Positions 28,054 to 37,500 of a DNA stretch of 64,000 bases are shown here, piece after piece. The position numbers and the translations under genes are program-made. Numbering within the stretch: position 1 is the stretch's first letter; each line of letters opens with the position of its first letter. Source of the stretch: a virus. Taxonomy: Duplodnaviria > Caudoviricetes. Where the stretch lies: positions 14,660 through 78,659 of IMG/VR virus record IMGVR_UViG_2548877036_000005. One strand, given 5' to 3'. The notes under the pieces are model-generated. The model had not been told where the DNA came from, searched no databases, and saw only the letters and a list, made by a program, of their open reading frames with translations.

Positions 28054-29034
28054 TTGGCGTCTCAGAATCAAAATCAGGGCCGTTTGGAAGCCGCTCCGGC
28101 GTTGGCTTCGTATCTTTCTGTTCAGCAGCAGTTGGTGCAGCAGCAGATTGCTGCGGATGTTGCTGCGGGCATGTTGCTGTTGTGGCCGATTATTGCTTTC
28201 AACAGTGTGGATGCTACGTCCCAGCCGTGGCTGCATGCGGCTATGTTGCAGGTGCAGTCGGGGTTTGATCGGTCTGCGCGTGTGGCTGCCGAGTTTGTGC
28301 AGAATTCGTTGTGGGCGGTGGAGCCTGAGGCTTTGGTGTTGCCGGATGTGCCGGTTGGTTTTCCGGCTGGTGATGTTGCGCGGGCTTTGATGGCTACGGG
28401 GCCTGGTGGCGTGAAGTCTCGTATGCCCGCTCCGGAGGAAGAGGTAATGCCTAAGGCGTTGGCTGATTCGACGGGGGCCGGTGTTTCGAAGGCTATGGAT
28501 GGTGGCCGGTCGAAAGTGATCGCGACTGTCCGCGACATGGCACCGGCCCGTAAGGCTCGTAGGCGTGCGATTGGGTGGGCTCGGGTTACAGACAACGATC
28601 CCTGCTATTTCTGCGGCCTGCTGGCGTCTCAGGGCGCCTTTTATGTGCGTGAAGACTCGTTTAAGGCGAGTAACGCAAAGTTTGTTGGCGATGGTGTTGC
28701 GAAGGTGCATGACCATTGCCGCTGCTCGCTTCGTCCTGTGTATTCGACTAAGGATGACATGGATGAGCGGGCCAATTACTTCCTGAATCAGTGGAATGAC
28801 GCTGAACCTGATCCGTCGCGGCTTGGTGATACGAAAATGAAGGCTTATCGACGGAATTTTATAGCGCCGCCTGATTACAGGTTGGGTGATGTTTTATCTC
28901 TTGATGAGCGGCGGAACATTGTTGATGTTGCTCGTCGTAACCGTGATGTTTTGTTGTTGGGTCGCGGGTTGAGGGAAGATTCCCCTCAAGTGGCTTTCTG
29001 GGAGTCACAAATCAGAAACCTAGAAGTTATCTAG
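28054..29034 (+). CDS. Head morphogenesis protein (MuF-like / capsid maturation)
   Basis: GWARV ... PCYFCGLLASQG ... HDHCRC; located after the portal. Confidence 0.8.
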   Translation: MASQNQNQGRLEAAPALASYLSVQQQLVQQQIAADVAAGMLLLWPIIAFNSVDATSQPWLHAAMLQVQSGFDRSARVAAEFVQNSLWAVEPEALVLPDVPVGFPAGDVARALMATGPGGVKSRMPAPEEEVMPKALADSTGAGVSKAMDGGRSKVIATVRDMAPARKARRRAIGWARVTDNDPCYFCGLLASQGAFYVREDSFKASNAKFVGDGVAKVHDHCRCSLRPVYSTKDDMDERANYFLNQWNDAEPDPSRLGDTKMKAYRRNFIAPPDYRLGDVLSLDERRNIVDVARRNRDVLLLGRGLREDSPQVAFWESQIRNLEVI

Positions 29035-29095
29035 GGCGCGGTACAGACACGCGATTTCATTGTCTGGTTATTTTGAAGGAAGTTCACAAACAGTA

Positions 29096-29746
29096 ATGAG
29101 TAATGAAAATTCTCCAGTAGACCTGAATGGTGTTGGCGATAAGGTTGACGCGGTTTTCGATGAGGTGCTGGGCGCCGAACCGAAGGCTGATCCGAAGCCT
29201 GCCGAACCTGTCGAGAAGTCGGAACCTAAGCCCGTTAAGGAATATGTTCCGCCCGCGTCGCAGGAGGCTCTTGACAAGATTATTAACAGCCGACTTGATC
29301 GCGCTACGTCTAAGTATAAAGACTACGACGACATCAAGAAGCAGTTGGATGATCTGCTTTCCGAGAAGGAGAAGGCCGAAACGGCGAAGCTTGACGACGT
29401 TGAGAAGGAAAGGCGTCGGGCAGAGCAGGCCGAGAAGCGTGCTGCCGAGTTGGAGGCTGCTGCCGCGAAGCGTGACCGGGCTGACCTGGTGCGCGATATA
29501 GGTGACGAGCTGGGCTTGCCGCCGAAGCTGCGAGGCCGGGTTCAGGGCGAAACTGATGAGGAGATTAGGGCTGATATTGCTGAGCTTCTTGAAGGATTGC
29601 CGCAGGCGGATAAGTCTGCGCCTGCTGGTCCTCCGGCGTCTGCACCTAAAGAGAAGGTGAAACTTTCCGCTAATGGCATTGAGCCTCCGGAGGTTACGTC
29701 GGATGACATTTTGGATGCTGTAGGCCGGGGCGGTCTACATTTCTAG
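29096..29746 (+). CDS. Scaffolding protein
   Basis: SQEALDKII-x-x-RL, KYKDYDD, coiled coil, G-x-T-x-EEI; precedes the capsid gene. Confidence 0.85.
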   Translation: MSNENSPVDLNGVGDKVDAVFDEVLGAEPKADPKPAEPVEKSEPKPVKEYVPPASQEALDKIINSRLDRATSKYKDYDDIKKQLDDLLSEKEKAETAKLDDVEKERRRAEQAEKRAAELEAAAAKRDRADLVRDIGDELGLPPKLRGRVQGETDEEIRADIAELLEGLPQADKSAPAGPPASAPKEKVKLSANGIEPPEVTSDDILDAVGRGGLHF

Positions 29747-29794
29747 TTTTCTGTAAACACAATTTAATAACATAATTTAATAGGGGGAATCTTC

Positions 29795-30967
29795 GTGCCT
29801 GATCATGAAGTTCTTAAGTCTAGTCTTGTCATTGACTCGGCTTTGAAGCTGCTGCGCCGTGAGCGCATTTTGGCAGCGATGGTCACTGACCATGGTGTGT
29901 CTAACTGGGGTGGTTCTGAGGGCGACACGATCACTATTCGCGTGCCTGGCGTCATGCGTGCAAACCAGCGCGGTATTCGCGATGCGAACCGGACGCTGGC
30001 GGAAAGCTCGATTGTCGAGTACCCGGTCCCCGTGACCATTGACCAGCACCTTTACCAGGCAGTTCCGATGAAGGATGAGCAGCTTTCGCTGGATATCCGC
30101 GATTGGGCTCGCCAGGTGCTTTTCCCGATGGTTCAGTCGATTGGCGAACTCAATGAGTCGAATCTTGCGAGCCTGATTGAGACCGCTCCTTACCAGGAGA
30201 CTATCGCTATCGATCCTACTGACACCTTCAAGGCGTTTTCGACTGCGGTTCAGCGTTTGTCTGAGACCAATGTTCCGAAGCCTGGCCGTGTGCTGGTTGT
30301 GGGTTCTGCCGTTGCGACTGCTCTGCGCAATGACACCCAGTTCCGTCACGCCGATTTCTCGGGTGACGCAGCGAACTCTGCTCTGCGCGAGGCGTGGGTT
30401 TCTCGTATCGCTGGCATGAATGTGATTGAGTCGCAGTGGATTTCGCAGGATTCTGCGTACATCTTCCACCCGACCGCGTTCCTGGTCACCTACCAGGCTC
30501 CGGCTGTGCCTCGTGGCGTTTCCTACGGTTCTTCGGCTGCGGTTGATGGCCTGGCGCTTCGGTTCCTGGCTGACTACAACTACGGCGGCCTGAATGACCG
30601 GTACGTGCTGGACACCTACGCGGGCTACAACACCATTTCTGATCCCGATCAGGGGTTTGTGCGCGCGGTGAAGCTGCGTCTGGCGATGACTGGAAACATC
30701 AACGTGGTTTCTGCTGGTGGCACCACTGTGTCTATGGCTGTTGGCGATACCTTGCAGCTGAAGATCCGTGACGACAACGGCGCTCTGATCACTGATCGTT
30801 GCACCTTTGTTTCGGGTACTCCGGCCAAGGCGACTGTCACTGCTGGCCCCGGCTACGAAAATGGTGGTCTGGTTACCGCTGTCGCGGTCGGTACTTCGGC
30901 TATCACTGTCACTTACGCCGGTCCTAGCGGTAATAAGACCGCGACCGTGAACGTGACGGTGGCTTAG
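29795..30967 (+). CDS. Major capsid protein with C-terminal Ig-like domain
   Basis: GDTITIRVP coat-protein motif; Big_2-like C-terminus. Confidence 0.9.
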   Translation: MPDHEVLKSSLVIDSALKLLRRERILAAMVTDHGVSNWGGSEGDTITIRVPGVMRANQRGIRDANRTLAESSIVEYPVPVTIDQHLYQAVPMKDEQLSLDIRDWARQVLFPMVQSIGELNESNLASLIETAPYQETIAIDPTDTFKAFSTAVQRLSETNVPKPGRVLVVGSAVATALRNDTQFRHADFSGDAANSALREAWVSRIAGMNVIESQWISQDSAYIFHPTAFLVTYQAPAVPRGVSYGSSAAVDGLALRFLADYNYGGLNDRYVLDTYAGYNTISDPDQGFVRAVKLRLAMTGNINVVSAGGTTVSMAVGDTLQLKIRDDNGALITDRCTFVSGTPAKATVTAGPGYENGGLVTAVAVGTSAITVTYAGPSGNKTATVNVTVA

Positions 30968-30972
30968 CAGCT

Positions 30973-31479
30973 ATGCGAGCAGGGTTAGCGAGTATTGATG
31001 ACCTGCAAACCCTGATCAAGCGGACGTTAGCGGGGGACGATCTGGAGCAAGCGACTTTGCTGCTCCAGATCGTTTCTTCGTGGGTTCGGGTTTTAGCAGG
31101 TAAGTACGGCGTCGAGGACTGGCCGGATGCCCCTGTGGGGGTGCCGGATGATGTGCAGTCTGTGGTTTTGTTGGCGGTTGCCCGAGAGTTGGGTAAGCCC
31201 GTGGGGGAGCGGATTACGCAGAGGGTGATGGGGCCGTTCGCGGTCACTTTCGCTCCACCTCCGGACGGGTTTTTTCTGCCTGCGGAGTTGCAGATTTTGC
31301 GCCGGTTCCGACCTAGTTCGGGTTTACGGGCTGTTGGTACGTCTCGGGGCGAGACTGGCCGACCGTGGATTGGCCGCTCACGTCTCGGCGTGAATGGTGT
31401 CCCGTATCCGTGGAGTGATGTGCCTCCGGGCATGGCCTGGTGGGAGTCCGATTATGACTGGGCTGATTGGCCATGGTGA
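30973..31479 (+). CDS. Head-to-tail adaptor
   Basis: LASIDDL ... MGPF ... ELQIL; position after the capsid gene. Confidence 0.75.
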   Translation: MRAGLASIDDLQTLIKRTLAGDDLEQATLLLQIVSSWVRVLAGKYGVEDWPDAPVGVPDDVQSVVLLAVARELGKPVGERITQRVMGPFAVTFAPPPDGFFLPAELQILRRFRPSSGLRAVGTSRGETGRPWIGRSRLGVNGVPYPWSDVPPGMAWWESDYDWADWPW

Positions 31480-31811
31480 CTGAGACGGTACAGGTCAAAC
31501 GAGGCGGCACTGACCGTATGGGGGTGCCGAATAAGTCTGCACACGGCACTGCTGAGGTGGTGTTTGCGTGGGGTGCGGGTTCTAGGTCGGTTGGTTCGTT
31601 TTCCCGGAAGGGTGAGCGCGGCGAGTCTGCGGCTATCACCGGCCAGATTTATGTGGCGCGCGGCGAGGATCTGGAGGCTCGTGACCGCATTGTGCGGTCT
31701 AACGGCGAGGAATACGTGATTGTCGGGCATGCCTTGTGGGATCAGAATGACCCATTCGGCGGCTATGACTTTGGCTGGATGGTCTTCCAGGTGGAGTCAT
31801 ATAATGCCTAA
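31473..31811 (+). CDS. Head-to-tail stopper
   Basis: ETVQVKR ... DRMG ... DRI ... GEEYVIVG; synteny. Confidence 0.7.
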   Translation: MVTETVQVKRGGTDRMGVPNKSAHGTAEVVFAWGAGSRSVGSFSRKGERGESAAITGQIYVARGEDLEARDRIVRSNGEEYVIVGHALWDQNDPFGGYDFGWMVFQVESYNA

Positions 31812-32181
31812 TGATCATTTCTTGACTGACGTGAATGTGTATAAGCCGAATAAGGCTTTGGCCGCGATTCTGTCGGGTGTCGAGGGAAATCTTGAGGGAT
31901 TTCTTTTGGTGCAGGGCGCCAAGTTTGTTGCCGCGTATCAGGCGAGGGTCGCTAAGCGTACCGGGCGTTTGGCTGAGTCCGCTGTTGCGCATGTGGTGGC
32001 AAATGGTGGCCACAAACATGACCGTCTGGTGGGCAAGGTCACTGTCGGTGGCGAGACGGTACGGAATCCGCGTGGCGGGTTTGAGTACACGTTGCTGCAT
32101 GAGTTCGGCGATAAGGACAAAGAACATCCTGCCGCTAAGGATCTTCGCGCCATCGCTCGGGAGATGTGGGGGACTACATGA
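31804..32181 (+). CDS. Neck protein (HK97 gp10-like)
   Basis: KRTGRLAES and Y-x-x-x-HEFG motifs; synteny. Confidence 0.7.
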   Translation: MPNDHFLTDVNVYKPNKALAAILSGVEGNLEGFLLVQGAKFVAAYQARVAKRTGRLAESAVAHVVANGGHKHDRLVGKVTVGGETVRNPRGGFEYTLLHEFGDKDKEHPAAKDLRAIAREMWGTT

Positions 32182-32687
32182 GTTTGATACCCGACTGGCT
32201 TCCGGACTGGTGGGAAGACAACTACGTCGATCAGGAACGTCTGTTGATTGGCCTGTTCGAACAGTTGTTACCTGATGTGACGTGCGGCAGATGGAAGTCT
32301 GACGATTATCTCGATGAGCAGGGTCGGCCTGTGGATATCGCGGTGCCAGAGTTGTGGTTTTGGCGGCAACCAGGTGGCGTTGAGGATTACCAGCGCGGCC
32401 ACGATATCGGCGTCATTGAGGTGACTGCCGTGTCTGGGCATCCTGATTATTCGAATAGGCTGCAAGATTTCGTCCGATCAATCCTTATCCCGATTGAGGG
32501 GCAGAAGGTGAAGATGGAGGACGGGTTCGTTGCAACTATTCAGTGTGTTGAGGGTCTGACTGGCGGTCCTCAGATGTCTCTTCCGGGGCAGCGTATTGAC
32601 GAACGAATTTCCACTTACCTTTACAAAATCACAGTTGGGCTTCGGTCTAGGAAACGCTACGGCGATAAGCTACGCGAACTGCTTTAA
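32178..32687 (+). CDS. Tail terminator
   Basis: Synteny immediately before the major tail gene. Confidence 0.65.
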   Translation: MSLIPDWLPDWWEDNYVDQERLLIGLFEQLLPDVTCGRWKSDDYLDEQGRPVDIAVPELWFWRQPGGVEDYQRGHDIGVIEVTAVSGHPDYSNRLQDFVRSILIPIEGQKVKMEDGFVATIQCVEGLTGGPQMSLPGQRIDERISTYLYKITVGLRSRKRYGDKLRELL

Positions 32688-32723
32688 GTCGCGATTTAAC
32701 AACTAAATATAGGAAAACTTAAT

Positions 32724-33623
32724 ATGGGTGATCTTGACACATTCAAGGACCCTCGGCCCGATCTGGCCCTGGCTCCTCTGAATCTCACCATCATGTTGGC
32801 GGATTTCGACAAGGCTCCGGCTACGTCGCTTGAGTCGCCCACTGATGGTTCTCTTCTGATTCCGGTCGATTACGAGTCGATGGGTCATTTTGAGAAGAAG
32901 GCCGGTGCCACTGTCGGTATCGAGATGGACGGTAAGGACATTGAGGCGTATGGCGAGCTTGATCCGATTCGTCGGATTATCTCCAAGCGCACCGTGACTT
33001 TGCAGGCGTCTTTCTTTGAAAACAAGGCCCGCGTGCTGGGTGTTGTGTGGACTGAGGACTTCAAGAACGTCGATCCGTCTGATTTCGGTGGCGTGCTTCT
33101 GAAGGCTCCGAAGATTCCGAAGAACATCTTCTATCGGTGCGCTCTGGTTGGCCTGGATACTCGTGGTGCCGACGATGTTTACGTTTACTGGCTGCTGCCT
33201 AAGGTGCAGCTGGATTCGGTGGAGAACATCGAACTCAATGACGACAATGTTGTTGAGTACAAGGTGAAGCTGAAGGCTTTCGTTGACCCGGCTCTCGGGT
33301 ATTCGGTGGCTCAGGGCTTCGCTGGTCCGGGTTGGCGTGCGCTGGTGGATCAGGCTGGCTTTGCGGAGGCTCTGACTGCTATTTCGTCTACTCCGTCTTC
33401 GGTGTCGGTGACTGCGGCCACTGGGGCGTCTCACACCGCTCAGCTGGTGATTCATGGCGATAACGACATCAACTACACCCCGGATTGCACGTTCGTTTCG
33501 GCTGATCCTTCTAAGGCAACCGTTTCGGCGTCCGGTTTGGTGACTGGTGTTGCTACTGGTTCTACCAATATCACGGTTTCGAAGGGTTCTCTCACGGCCA
33601 CTGTCGCTGTGACTGTTACCTAG
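32724..33623 (+). CDS. Major tail protein with C-terminal Ig-like domain
   Basis: YG-x-x-x-P-x-R motif; Big_2-like KATVSASGLVTGVATG. Confidence 0.9.
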   Translation: MGDLDTFKDPRPDLALAPLNLTIMLADFDKAPATSLESPTDGSLLIPVDYESMGHFEKKAGATVGIEMDGKDIEAYGELDPIRRIISKRTVTLQASFFENKARVLGVVWTEDFKNVDPSDFGGVLLKAPKIPKNIFYRCALVGLDTRGADDVYVYWLLPKVQLDSVENIELNDDNVVEYKVKLKAFVDPALGYSVAQGFAGPGWRALVDQAGFAEALTAISSTPSSVSVTAATGASHTAQLVIHGDNDINYTPDCTFVSADPSKATVSASGLVTGVATGSTNITVSKGSLTATVAVTVT

Positions 33624-33632
33624 TTCGATCTT

Positions 33633-33669
33633 GGGGGTGGGGGCTTCTTTTTCGGGGCTCCCACCCCTC
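33633..33669 (+). terminator. Hairpin after the major tail gene
   Basis: GGGGTGGGGGC ... GCTCCCACCCC followed by an AT-rich run. Confidence 0.65.
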
Positions 33670-33699
33670 TAATTATTTTACTTTTAGGGGAAACATTTT

Positions 33700-34002
33700 A
33701 TGGCTGCTGCACGTCGCGCTAAGGCGAATGTCGCTACTAAGTTTGATGAAATTTTGGCTTCGGCTGCCGGGCCTGAGCCTATTGTGCTGGATGGCGGCAA
33801 TATTGTTGCCGAAGCACCGACTGTCGATCAACTCGAAACTTTGCAGTCCGTTGAGTCGGATGATGCGGCTCGCGAGATCATGTTCGGCGAAGATGCGGAG
33901 AAGGCTACCGCCTATTTCAAGAAGCAGCCCCCGCACGTTTGGGTTGCTTTTCTGAAGATGTATTTTGAGCATTGGCTTAATTTCGAAGATCTGGGAAAAT
34001 AA
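33700..34002 (+). CDS. Tail assembly chaperone (short form)
   Basis: Position; ends in slippery GGGAAAA-TAA. Confidence 0.85.
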   Translation: MAAARRAKANVATKFDEILASAAGPEPIVLDGGNIVAEAPTVDQLETLQSVESDDAAREIMFGEDAEKATAYFKKQPPHVWVAFLKMYFEHWLNFEDLGK

Positions 34003-34472
34003 CGCAGATCGCAGAGCTGGTAAATCGTTACTGGCCTGCGATCTCCTGGGATTTTCAAACAGTGCTTCACGTCAACCCGTTGGAGTATTTTTCTAACCCT
34101 CAGCGTCCGTGGGACCAATTTCTGATGTTCTACGGGTTCCTTGCGCAGCGCCAGGGGTCGGCTTGCCGCGCGTGGCTTATGAAGGACCCGGAGATGATCG
34201 AGGAGTTGGCGGCGATGCCAGAACCTACTGGGCCTGCCGCCGCCCCGGATCTCTTTGAATGGGACCCAGTTTTGGACAAGTTGACTGACATAGCCGACTT
34301 GTTGCAGGTGGATATTTTCCGGGATAAGGCGCGGCCCGCTAAGCGCCCCGTGTATCCGTTCATTGCGGAACGCAAACGGCGTGGGCGTAAGCGTCAGGCT
34401 GATGCTATTGAGCTGGCTCAGCAGAGGGCGCGTGAGCAGGATGAGGCCCGCCGCAAAGCGAATGAGTCCTGA
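33700..34472 (+). CDS. Tail assembly chaperone, -1 frameshifted long form
   Basis: GGGAAAA at 33993-33999; -1 frame open into ORF 34062-34472. Confidence 0.85.
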
Positions 34473-34521
34473 TTTTTTATAGCTCTTTATAACTTAATAT
34501 TGTCTTTTACGGGGGTTATTC

Positions 34522-37500
34522 GTGGCTGAATTTGTTGCCGCACAAGCTGCGGTACTCATGGTGCCCTCAATTAAGGGTTTTCACTCTAAGTTGAAAGCCG
34601 CCTTGGATACGGTGCGTCAAGACTTGACTATTCAGGTCAAGGCGCAAACCAAGGAAATGTTGGCTGAAATTCAGGCTGCCAAGAAGGCAGCCGAGGCCAA
34701 CGCTATAGATTTACGTGTCAAGGTTCATGACAAAGAGTACATAAAGCAGATCACCGAGATTCGCCACAAGTACGAGAATCTTCAATCACAGTTCGTTAAG
34801 GGTTTGAAGCTTAACGTGGTGGTCACGGGTGCGCAGCTGATTCCGCAGCTGGCGGTGGCTGTCGCAGCTCTGAATGAGTCGATTGTTTCGCTGTCGCAGA
34901 ATGCACTACTGCTGCCGGGCGTGTTCTCTGCTGCTGCCGCTTCTATCGGCACTCTGCTGCTGGGTACGCGTGGACTGAAGGACGCCTTCACGGCATATGG
35001 GGAGGCGCAGAAGTCGGCAGTTGATGATGCCCGCCGTCTGCGTGACGCTCAGAGGGCTGTAACAGACGCGAACCGTGACTATGCGCGGGCGTTGAAGGAT
35101 TCGCAGCGGAACCTTCGCGACCTGAATTTGGAGATGAAGGGTGCCCGCCTCTCGGAGGCAGAGGCGATCCTTAATGTCCGAGAGGCCGAGGAGGAGGCCC
35201 GTAAGGCTTACGGGAAGTCGGCGCTGGACCGCCAGCGCGACATTCTGCGGGTACAGCAGGCCGAACAGCGGCTAGCTGAAGTTCGTAACCGTAATGCCGA
35301 CCTGGCACAGGACACTGCCGAAGCGAACGCTAAGGGTGTCTTGGGCGCCGACAATGTGGCGTCCGCTATCGACCGCCTAACGAACGCCAACGAGAAGCTT
35401 AAAGACTCATCAAAGGGCAATCAGGGCATCGCTACGGCGATGGCGAACCTGTCGCCTAACGCCCGCTCATTTGTTGCTGCGGTGCAGGAGCTACGCGGCA
35501 CGTACGGCGGGTTGCGGTCCGACATTCAGGACCGCATATTCGCGGATCTTGATCATGATGTTGTTGCTCTTGCAGGCAGGTCACTGCCAATGCTGCGGCG
35601 CGGTTTGGGCGGTATCGGTGATGCCTGGAACCGAAACATTCGCACCTTGTTGTCCGAGTTGGGGACCGGCTCCAATCAGGGGTTGGTGAGCCGGATTCTC
35701 GGTAACACCGGGGAGGCGCAGTCGCGGCTATCGAATGCGATCAGGCCGTTCCTGAATGCTTTCCTGCAACTCGGCGCAGTCGGATCTGATGTTTTGCCGA
35801 GGCTGTCCACCGGATTCACGCAGTTGATGAACCGCTTTGATGCGTTCGTTCGCCGGTCCGAGGAATCCGGCAAGCTCGATGAGTGGATCAACCGGGCTAT
35901 TGAGGCGGCGAAGGACTTCGGTAACTCGCTTCTCAATATCGGTTCGATCATGAACTCGCTTACCGAAATCTTTCTCGATGGCGGCGGTAAGGGATTTTTG
36001 CAGTGGTTCCAGGAAGCTACCAAGCGTACAGCTGATTATTTGAAGACGGCTGCTGGCCAGGAGAGGGTTAACCAGTTCTTCCGGGATGCGCGCGATGTTC
36101 TGCGGGAGTTCCGGCCACTACTGTCCGCGTTGCCTGATTTGTTCCGGGCCGCTAAGGACGGCGCCCAGCTGTGGGCGTCTATCTTGTTGCCGTTCCTGAA
36201 TGCTGCCGGAACTTTGTTGTCTAGGCATCCCGGATTGGTTACCGCAGCTGTTACCGCGTATTTGGGTTTCAGGACGGTAGCGCCGATTCTGAAGGTTATT
36301 AATGCTGGCCTGGATGTTATGGTCGCTCGCCTTAATGCCCAGAGAATTGCGGCGGGGCAGGCCGCATTGCAGACCGGGGCGTTCAATTCGCGGATGACCG
36401 CGCTGAACGGCATGGTTGGCGGCGCGGCTGGCGGTGTCATCGGTGTCGGTTTGGCTGCTGTGGCCAGCATTCTCACGTACAAGTACATCCAGGCGCAGGA
36501 GCGTGCCGCTGGCGCTGTCCAGGACCACGTTAATTCGGTCAATCAGCTTAAGGCTGCGCTGGATGATGTTACCGGCGTCATGGATAAGGCTGGCTTGGCT
36601 CAGCTCGGTAAGGAGCTTACCGACTATTCGTCTAGTGGTGGCGCTGGTCAAAAGCTTGACCATGTGAATGCGTTACAGCTGGCCGAAAAGGGCGGCGTGG
36701 ATCGTGGCGCCTACCTAAATTCGTTTGTTGGCGAGAATAGTAAACTTCGCGGCGACACCCTTAAGAAGATGGACGATATTGTCCAAAACGATTTGGTGGC
36801 CAATGAGTGGTGGCAGAAGTACGGCCACTTCTTTAAGGAAGCGGGTATACCGCCTGACTTGATTGCCCGCGCCTTGAATGGTGATCAAGGTGCGATGCGG
36901 GAATTCGAGCAGAAGGCAAAGAATGGTAACCCGTTCACTCAGACGAATACGGATCTGTTTCAGCTTCAGAATAAGCTTGGCCAGCAGGCGCATGACGCGT
37001 CTACGGCTGCCGGTATCTTGCGTGAGCGTACTGATACTGGTCTTGGTGTTGCTGATGATTTCCGGAAAACCAATGAGGCGCTAAATGGCAAGGCGACGCT
37101 TGATCAGCGCGGTCTAGATCGTTTCAACGCTTTCGGTAATCCCCGCGCGTCCGCGTCGCCTGACGGCGGCATGGACATCGTTGTGGATCGGATGCCGGAT
37201 GCGCCGTTTGTGGCGAATGTCCGCAAGAACGGCGGCGATGTCAAGGAGACTGCTGGCGGCGGCGCTCAGATCCATCTTCCTCCCGATAGGGCGCGACTGT
37301 ATGGGGCGGTGACCCCGCCTGTGCGTCGCGCTGGCGGCGGAATGATGTCTGGGCCTGGTTCTGGCACTTCGGATTCGATCCTTGCGCGGCTGTCGAACGG
37401 CGAGTTCGTCACGAAGGCCGCATCTGTCGCCAAATACGGTCCGGATCTGTTCCACGCATTGAATGCGGGGCAGATCGATCCGAGTCTGCTGCCTGGTTTT

